A DNA stretch of 32,000 nt, from contig FP565575.1 in the NCBI GenBank assembly GCA_000091165.1, positions 600,001 to 632,000 of the forward strand. The letters are read 5' to 3'. Positions within the stretch are counted from its first letter, which is position 1. Every line of letters begins with the position of its first letter. Under the pieces are notes generated by a model that was not told the DNA's origin, ran no database searches, and saw only the letters and a list, made by a program, of their open reading frames with translations. Made by a program: the position numbers and the translations under genes. Below are positions 17,202-23,879 of the stretch, piece by piece. Source of the stretch: Candidatus Methylomirabilis oxygeniifera (GTDB lineage Bacteria > Methylomirabilota > Methylomirabilia > Methylomirabilales > Methylomirabilaceae).

Positions 17202-17266
17202 GCCCAACATCACGTGCATCCGACCGCTTCGCGCTATGTGCTCGCGGCTTATGCGCTGCGTTCGCT
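17202..17266 (+). other. attC-like recombination site 4 (end of cassette 4)
   Basis: R'' GCCCAAC, L'' CACGTGCAT / L' ATGCGCTG with one extrahelical base, inner CCGC/GCGG, R' GTTCGCT (17260); GCAGCCCAAC complementary to cassette-4 start GTTGGGTTAC in 8/10. Confidence 0.75.
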
Positions 17267-17450
17267 GATTTCGGGGACACCATGCTGTATGCTTCACTTC
17301 GGGATTGAGTGGGAATCGGTATGGTATCCTAATATCCTGGGTCGGAAGTTCGGCGAAGAAATAGGCGCCGCATGTGGTGTCACTCCCGCGAAGCTTGTCC
17401 CCGCGGGCTTTAGGCGGGGAGCGGGAATCCAGAACTTCTCTTACTCGCTG
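17260..17450 (+). repeat. Repeat R2, copy a: right flank of the cassette array
   Basis: gttcgctgatttcggggacaccatgctgtatgcttcacttcgg...gcggggagcgggaatccagaacttctcttactcgctg; aligned with 19083-19281. Confidence 0.88.
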
Positions 17451-17632
17451 GATTCCGGCTCGCGCCCGCTACGCGGCCCCCGACCTGATCGGGGGCGGAA
17501 TGACGTCGGAATATCTGCAACGAATTTCAGAAATGGCTCTTCCGGATTGAGTGTGGGTAAAGATCCAAACCTCCGCAATGAAAGTAGATCGCGGTCTTGA
17601 AGTGCTCGACGTTGCGGCGTCAAGACCTCGCC

Positions 17633-17732
17633 GGTCGCCACCGTCGTGATCTTTCTGGCATCCCAACAGGCCAGCCTCGTGACCGGCGCATGCGTCACCG
17701 TCGACGGCTGTCAGCCGCGTTCGCTCATCTGA
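17633..17732 (+). pseudogene. About 100-bp third copy of the SDR gene 3' terminus
   Basis: VVIFLASQQASLVTGACVTVDGCQPRSLI* encoded; near-identical to 8399-8498. Confidence 0.85.
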
Positions 17733-17814
17733 CGCCCGGGCCACGCTTGACAGGGAAGACGTTTATCTATACAAATCTCCGCCTGGAAGGCGAACAAACG
17801 ACAGAGGGTGCAGT

Positions 17815-18027
17815 ATGAAAAAAATCGTTGCTGAACCGTATCGCGATATCGATTTCTCCCGTGCCAAGCGAGGCGCAGTCATCAAGCCGGAGCCTGGCAA
17901 GACCAAGATTTCTATCCGGCTCGACAATGCCATCCTCGACTATTTTCGCTCACTGGCTGACGAGGCGGGTGGCGGGAGTTATCAGACACTGATCAACAAC
18001 GCCCTGTCCGCGTATATCCAGCAGTAA
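17815..18027 (+). CDS. BrnA/CopG-like antitoxin, no upstream BrnT toxin recognised
   Basis: IDFSRAKRGAVIKPEPGKTKISIRLDNAILDYFRSLADEAGGGSYQTLINNALSAYI. Confidence 0.8.
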   Translation: MKKIVAEPYRDIDFSRAKRGAVIKPEPGKTKISIRLDNAILDYFRSLADEAGGGSYQTLINNALSAYIQQ

Positions 18028-18206
18028 TCGGTCCTGGAGGCGGTTCGACGGGTTGTCAGGGAGGAACTCGTTCTCCCGAAAGCGGGGCGTGATTTAACTC
18101 GACGGTCGACAGGACGCCGCGCGAGCGCGACGTAAGCCAGGTAACGCACCGGGCACTTCGTTTCACTGCCGACAACGCCCTCGTCACCTGTTCCGACTCC
18201 CTCCAT

Positions 18207-18424
18207 TGTCCTAAACCGAGACGGCAGAGGGGTTCGCAGCCTTGGACGCACCCGCGGAATCTTACGTTGGTCGGCCCTATTAGGATTAGGCCGACCGCTG
18301 TGGCGGCCTTTGCCGCTATAGGCCTTGTTGAAATTCCGTTGACAAGCCTGTGAAATCGCAGGAAACTCCAACGTATTGTGAGTAGCCTTGAGACTATACG
18401 ATACAGACCAGTATAATCATAGTT
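18207..18424 (+). repeat. Repeat R1, copy b: left flank of the second cassette unit
   Basis: tgtcctaaaccgagacggcagaggggttcgcag...cagaccagtataatcatagtt; retains IR ggtcggcc/ggccgacc and the outer stem. Confidence 0.88.
18388..18417 (+). promoter_or_regulatory. Candidate sigma70-like promoter in R1b
   Basis: TTGAGA-18 nt-TATAAT, same offset from the insertion G (18422) as in R1a. Confidence 0.68.
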
Positions 18425-18478
18425 AGCTATCAAGAAGAGCAACTTGCTGACTTGGTCAAAGGAGCGTATCATCAGGCT

Positions 18479-18700
18479 ATGAGTACGCCAACCATCGACA
18501 TTGAGAAGCTCTCCTCCGAGGAACGCCTTCGCCTTATTGAGGACCTGTGGGAGAGCCTTCGCACGAGACCGGACGCGGTCCCGCTGACCCGCGCGCAGCA
18601 GGACGAACTCGATCGCCGTCTTGATGAACTCGACCGGGGCGAAACCGAAACGGTCCCTTGGGAAGAGGTCAAGCGACGGCTCCGTGATCGGCCCGAGTGA
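18479..18700 (+). CDS. Addiction-module antitoxin component (cassette 5)
   Basis: MSTPTIDIEKLSSEERLRLIEDLWESLRTRPDAVPLTRAQQDELDRRLDELDRGETETVPWEEVKRRLR; start moved downstream from the ORF start. Confidence 0.88.
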   Translation: MSTPTIDIEKLSSEERLRLIEDLWESLRTRPDAVPLTRAQQDELDRRLDELDRGETETVPWEEVKRRLRDRPE

Positions 18701-18996
18701 CTCGATCCGGGTTTCGGCCAGCAGCCTCGGCCGATGTCCAGGCCGCCTACGAGTGGTACGAATCGCAACGTCCGGGCCTCGGCAACGAGTTCATCACTGC
18801 CGTGGATACCGCCGTCGCATCTATTCTTGCGTTCCCAAAGGCTTACGCCGTGGTTCATCGTGGTGCCCGTCGCGTCTTGCTCGAACGCTTTCCATATGGC
18901 CTCTACTACCGTATCGACGGTGCGAGGATTGTTGTCGTCGCATGCATGCACGCGGCGCGCGATCCAAGGCGGTGGCGTTCGCGCCTTGATGGTTAA
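18697..18996 (+). CDS. ParE/RelE-family toxin (cassette 5)
   Basis: GTG start overlapping the antitoxin stop; ADVQAAYEWYESQRPGLGNEFITAVDTAVASILAFPKAYAVVHRGARRVLLERFPYGLYYRID. Confidence 0.9.
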   Translation: MTRSGFRPAASADVQAAYEWYESQRPGLGNEFITAVDTAVASILAFPKAYAVVHRGARRVLLERFPYGLYYRIDGARIVVVACMHAARDPRRWRSRLDG

Positions 18997-19089
18997 CACG
19001 CGCGTCAACCCGCCGGTCCGTCCGGCTGCGCCGGTTACGTCTCCATGGAGCGAGTGCGGGCGGCCCTCGGGTTACGCGCCCCGTTCGCT
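18988..19089 (+). other. attC-like recombination site 5 (end of cassette 5)
   Basis: GATGGTTAAC complementary to cassette-5 start GTTAGCTATC in 8/10; L'' GCGCGTCAACCCG (19000-19012) vs L' CGGGTTACGCGC (19068-19079): 12 bp perfect with one extrahelical C; R' GTTCGCT (19083). Confidence 0.8.
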
Positions 19090-19281
19090 GATTTCGGGGA
19101 CACCATGCTGTATGCTTCACTTCGGGGTTGAGTGGGAATCGGTATGGTATCCTCATGTCCTAGGTCGAAAGTTCGGCGAAGAAATAGACGCCGCATGTGA
19201 TGTCATTCCCGCGACACTTGTCCCTGCAGGCTTTAAGCGGGGAGGGGGAATCCGGAACTCCTCTTACTCTCTTACTCGCTG
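19083..19281 (+). repeat. Repeat R2, copy b: right flank of the second cassette unit
   Basis: Aligned with 17260-17450, both starting exactly at GTTCGCTGATTTCGGGGACACC. Confidence 0.88.
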
Positions 19282-19536
19282 AAAAGGGGTCAAGTCTGCC
19301 CTTGACTCACATTGGTGGTCCTGGTTCTGTCTTCCGACGTTGCGATTCCTTCGCATTGCATACCCCGGCGCCTACTCTCATGCCATGAACCGCGGCTTGG
19401 CCGACCAGGATGCGTTCACGAATCGATTCGACGGCAGGCTAGCCGAGCGCTCGATGTCTCCTTGTGGGGGACGATCTTTTGTAGGGGAAGGCGTTGGGAC
19501 GGTGCGAAGAGAGTGTGAAAGAGGCGCGGATCGCCG

Positions 19537-19764
19537 TTACGATTTCAGGAGCTTGGTAAATTCAGCGTCAGTGAGATTGGCTTGTCGGAGCATGCGGTGG
19601 AACAGGGCGGTCGGGATGTCTCGACCATGCTGATGGCTTACTCGCACTTGGAGAATCGTTCCATCCGTGAGGATCTTCCGCCAGGTTTCGTGCTTCTTCG
19701 ATCGAACTAACAGAAATCCAGCCTTATGCAGTACGCTTCGGAAATCAGCATAGGTCGATGGCAT
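19537..19764 (-). CDS. HicA-like toxin
   Basis: FRSVLHKAGFLLVRSKKHETWRKILTDGTILQVRVSHQHGRDIPTALFHRMLRQANLTDAEF. Confidence 0.82.
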   Translation of the reverse strand: MPSTYADFRSVLHKAGFLLVRSKKHETWRKILTDGTILQVRVSHQHGRDIPTALFHRMLRQANLTDAEFTKLLKS

Positions 19765-19767
19765 CCG

Positions 19768-20052
19768 TCAGGTGAAGAGGGTTTTGACGTGTTCCTTCGA
19801 TCCCATTGCATGGATTGCCTGAATAAAGGGAGCATGGGCCGCCCGATTGGGGCTTTGGCTGAACCGGTCGTACTCTTCCATATACTGTTCCGCGTAATCA
19901 ATCGCCATCTCGATGAGATCCTCGAAAGCGGCCTCGAGAGTATCCCCTTCTGCGGCCAGATCAAGTTCCGGACAGACAATGACGTACTTGCCGTCAGAAG
20001 GCTCAACAATAGCCGTCAAGGCGGTGGCGCGCTCTTTCAGGATTATTGCCAT
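19768..20052 (-). CDS. HicB-like antitoxin
   Basis: LTAIVEPSDGKYVIVCPELDLAAEGDTLEAAFEDLIEMAIDYAEQYMEE; immediately upstream of HicA-like ORF. Confidence 0.78.
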   Translation of the reverse strand: MAIILKERATALTAIVEPSDGKYVIVCPELDLAAEGDTLEAAFEDLIEMAIDYAEQYMEEYDRFSQSPNRAAHAPFIQAIHAMGSKEHVKTLFT

Positions 20053-20199
20053 CTGGCTTCCTCCCTTCCTCTCTTTTCGTTTGTATCAGAAAAGGAAAAG
20101 GAAAACAAGCGGTGCTATGGACCGACGCCTGCTATCATGTCATGAATTGCGGCCTAGCCTAAGAGGATTCGAGCCCGACGGGGCCGCTACGCCGGTGCG

Positions 20200-22692
20200 C
20201 TAGCGAACGGGCTGGATGTTCCAGATCTCGCGGGCGTATTCGGCGATGGCGCGGTCGCTGGAGAATTTGCCGATACGGGCAACGTTGAAGATCGCCTTGG
20301 ATGCCCAGCCCACCGGGTCTTTGAAGGCCTGAGTAACCCGGTTCTGAGTGTCGATATACGATTCCAGATCGGCCAGATGCAGGTAAGGATCCCCGCGATC
20401 CAGTACCTGTTCATTGATCCAGCGGAACAGGCCAGGCTGGTTCGGACAGAACAGATTGGATCCGAATGCGTCCATGAGACGTCGTATGTGGGGATTACGA
20501 TGATAATAGTCTCGAGGATGATAGGACCCTCGCTCCCGTATCTGCCTGACCGCGTCGACCTGCAATCCGAAGAGAAAGATATTCTCCTCGCCCACCTCTT
20601 GCATGATCTCGATATTGGCCCCATCATAGGTGCCGACGATGACGGCGCCATTCATCGCGAACTTCATGCTGCCGGTCCCTGAGGCCTCCGTGCCGGCCAT
20701 TGAGATCTGCTGGTTGACATCCGCAGCCGGAACGATCTGTTCCGCCAGGGAGACGCGGTAGTCGGGAAGAAAGACCACCGTGATCAGCCCCTTCACCCGG
20801 GGATCGTTATTGATCACCTGGCCCACACTGGTGACCAATTTAATGATCTGCTTCGCCGTCCAATATCCCGGCGCCGCTTTACCGGCAAAGATGTACACGC
20901 GAGGCACAGGCGGTTCCTGCCCGTCTTGAATGATGCACAGATACTGGTGGACGATCTGCATGATATTGAGCAGTTGCCGTTTGTACTCGTGAATCCGTTT
21001 GACGTGCACATCGAACAACGCATCCGGACTGACGACGACCCGATCGGCGTCGTAGATGAGTCGTGCCAGTCGCGCCTTATTCACCCGCCTCATCGCGATA
21101 AACGCCTGTCGGAAATCCGCATCCTGAGTATACGGTTCCAGCGCTCGCAGCTTCTCAAGGTCGGTGATCCATCCGTTGCCGATGGTGTTGCTGATGAGAT
21201 CGGACAACAGCGGATTGGCTTGAAGCAGCCAGCGTCGCGGTGTCACGCCGTTCGTTTTGGTGCTGAATTTGTCCGGCCACAGTTGAGAGAAATCAGGCGC
21301 CAAATGGGTTCTCACCAGTTGAGTGTGGAGCGTCGATACGCCGTTGACGGCATGGCTGCCGACAAGCGCGAGATTGACCATGCGCACGTGCTTCTGCGGC
21401 CCCTCCTCAATCAGGGACATGCGTCGCAATCGCTCGTGGTCGCGCGGCCACATGGAGGCCACCTGCGCCAGGAAGCGGCGGTTGATCTCGTAAATGATCT
21501 GGAGATGTCGCGGCAGGACGGCCTCGAGCAGCGAGACCGGCCATTTCTCCAGCGCTTCCGGCATCAGGGTATGGTTGGTATACGATAACGTCGCCTGCGT
21601 CATCTCCCAGGCGGTCTCCCAGGGCAGGGCATGTTCGTCAACCAGCATCCGCATTAATTCCGCAACGGCCAGGGCCGGATGGGTGTCGTTGAGCTGAATG
21701 GCGACCTTGGAGGCGAACTGGTCAAACGTGTCATGACTCTTGCTATACCGGCGGACAATATCCCGGAGGGCGCATGCCACGAGGAGGTATTCCTGGAGCA
21801 GTCGCAGTTCCCGACCCGCTTCGATCGAGTCGGCGGGGTAGAGGACCTTCGAGATGGTCTCCGAGGCGATCTGCTGCTCAACCGCCTTCAAATAGTCCCC
21901 CTCATTGAAGATCTGCATATCGAATTCCTCGGAGGATCGTGCCGAGTACAAACGCAGCACATTGACCGTAGTCCCGCCGTGCCCGACAATCGGCATATCG
22001 TGCGGGACACCGATAATGATCTTCCAATCCATCCACATGGGATTGTACGCGCCGGTGCGATCAATGCCATGTTCGACGCGACCGTATACTGGTACGATAC
22101 AGGCCTCATCGGGGCGCTCGATCTGCCAGGGGTTGCCGCGGGCCATCCAGTTGTCCGGTTTTTCTCTCTGATACCCACTGTCAATGGCCTGCTTGAACAG
22201 GCCATACTCATAGTTAATACCGTATCCGTATCCCGGCATACCCATCGTGGCGAGCGAGTCCAGAAAACAGGCCGCCAGGCGGCCGAGGCCGCCATTGCCC
22301 AGCGCGGCTTCAGATTCGCCTTCCAGCACCTCATCGAGATCGACGCCCATCGTCCGGAGCGCCTCCCGGCAAGGATCGAGCATCTCCAGATTACTCAGGT
22401 TATTTCTCAAGGACTGTCCGAGGAGAAACTCCATGGAGAGATAATGCAGGCGCTTAGGATCGAGCTGTTGATATCGGTCCTCGGTGTCCAGCATCCGGTC
22501 GACGAGGGCGTCTCGCACCGCGAACGCCACGGCCATAAACAGCTCGCGGTCGGAACAGCGCTCCCATTTGTTTCCCAATGAATACCGGGCATGATGGCGG
22601 ATTGCGTCCTGGAAGGCGGATACCGTGAGGGCCACATGACGACGCGTTCCGGAGTCGGACCCCGGATCCTGCTCAAGTCTCCTGATCGACAT
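20200..22692 (-). CDS. glgP: Glycogen/starch phosphorylase
   Basis: 830 aa; [89 protein letters not shown]-type motif. Confidence 0.97.
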   Translation of the reverse strand: [830 protein letters not shown]

Positions 22693-22695
22693 CGG

Positions 22696-23166
22696 TCACT
22701 CCCTCAGTGGCGCTTCTCTGGATTGACGTGATTGAAGAAACCTCGTCAGGGTCAGAATATTTTTCCCGTGAGATGTCGTATATGTGACCTCGTCCATGGT
22801 TGTCCTGATAATCGCAAGCCCCAACCCCCTTTCGGGAATTCGCTCCAGGCATTCGGGATCAAAATCGAGCGGCGAAGCGGCCTGGGGCGCGAGGCACTTC
22901 GGGTCCATGGTCCTTCCCGCGTCGCAGATCTGGATGATCAGTCGGTCCGAATAGTGGCCAAAGATGACCTCCACCTCATGCTCCGCGTCCCTGCCGTAGG
23001 CATGGACGATGGCATTATTGACCGCCTCGACGACGCACAACGCGATCTGGTGCGATTCGATATCGGAGAGCGGGGCAAGCGAGCAGAGCCGCTGTATCGC
23101 TTGACCGATAAGCGGCACATTGTGCAGATCGCTGGTGATGGTCAATGTGATCCGTCTGCCGCTCAA
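22696..23166 (-). CDS. RsbW-like anti-sigma factor serine kinase / ATPase
   Basis: SHQIALCVVEAVNNAIVHAYG...DRLIIQICDAGRTMDP...ERGLGLAIIRTTMDEVTY (GHKL N and G boxes). Confidence 0.9.
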   Translation of the reverse strand: MSGRRITLTITSDLHNVPLIGQAIQRLCSLAPLSDIESHQIALCVVEAVNNAIVHAYGRDAEHEVEVIFGHYSDRLIIQICDAGRTMDPKCLAPQAASPLDFDPECLERIPERGLGLAIIRTTMDEVTYTTSHGKNILTLTRFLQSRQSREAPLRE

Positions 23167-23172
23167 CTCGCC

Positions 23173-23520
23173 TTATCCTTTTTCGCCGCCCAAGGCTGAC
23201 ACGGCCTGCTGCTCACTGTCAAAGATCTGAAAGACGCGATCCATTCTCGTCAGCTTGAACAAGGTCATGGTTGTCTCCTGCAATCCGCACACGACCAGCT
23301 CTCCCCGTCCTCCCATTCGCTTCAGGCTGGAGACAATCGCCCCCAAGCCACTACTGTCGATAAACTCAACCTTCGAGAGATCCAGCGCAATCATGGTATT
23401 GCCCGAAGCGATCAGTTCGGTCATCCGTTCCTTAAAATCAGTTGCGACTCTGGCATCCAGTCGATCCTCCAGTGGCGTCACAATCAGCGCATCGCCTGCT
23501 TTCCGCTGGTCAAGCTGCAT
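23173..23520 (-). CDS. STAS-domain anti-sigma factor antagonist
   Basis: VEFIDSSGLGAIVSSLKRMGGRGELVVCGLQETTMTLFKLTRMDRVFQIFDSEQQAVSAL. Confidence 0.93.
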   Translation of the reverse strand: MQLDQRKAGDALIVTPLEDRLDARVATDFKERMTELIASGNTMIALDLSKVEFIDSSGLGAIVSSLKRMGGRGELVVCGLQETTMTLFKLTRMDRVFQIFDSEQQAVSALGGEKG

Positions 23521-23536
23521 CGTGTGGCTCCTTTGC

Positions 23537-23851
23537 CTATTCGGGTCGCCGGACCTGGACTGTTACCGTCGCAAGGTACGTTGCCAGCCGCTCGCACAGG
23601 CTCGCCATGGCCTCCCGATCGCCGCGTGCGCCGGCCTCCTCGATCCCTCGCCCTATCTCACTGATCTCCGTGAACCCATAGCCGCCCCCCGATCCTTTCA
23701 GGTTGTGGCCTAATTGCGTAAGCTCCTCGTGCTTGCCCTCCTCGACCAACCGCTTCATCCGATCGATGTCCCGGCGTCGATTCTCCAGGAACTCCGGGAT
23801 CAGATCTTCCAGATCCTCGTCAATATAGACGACCGTCATATGCTCCCCCAT
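23537..23851 (-). CDS. Hpt-domain phosphotransfer protein
   Basis: YIDEDLEDLIPEFLENRRRDIDRMKRLVEEGKHEELTQLGHNLKGSGGGYGFTEISEIGRGIEEAG (HxxKGxxxxxG). Confidence 0.92.
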   Translation of the reverse strand: MGEHMTVVYIDEDLEDLIPEFLENRRRDIDRMKRLVEEGKHEELTQLGHNLKGSGGGYGFTEISEIGRGIEEAGARGDREAMASLCERLATYLATVTVQVRRPE

Positions 23852-23879
23852 TTCTACCTCTCGCTGAAAATCTCACTGA

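Noticed and set aside
17260-17450. R2 as a non-coding cassette
   Set aside because: Its start GTTCGCTGAT would need an R'' near ATCAGCGAAC downstream, and none was seen after either copy; it fits better as a fixed right flank
11856-19083. An integron integrase (intI) nearby
   Set aside because: None of the ORFs here carries tyrosine-recombinase motifs; the array lacks its own integrase within the window
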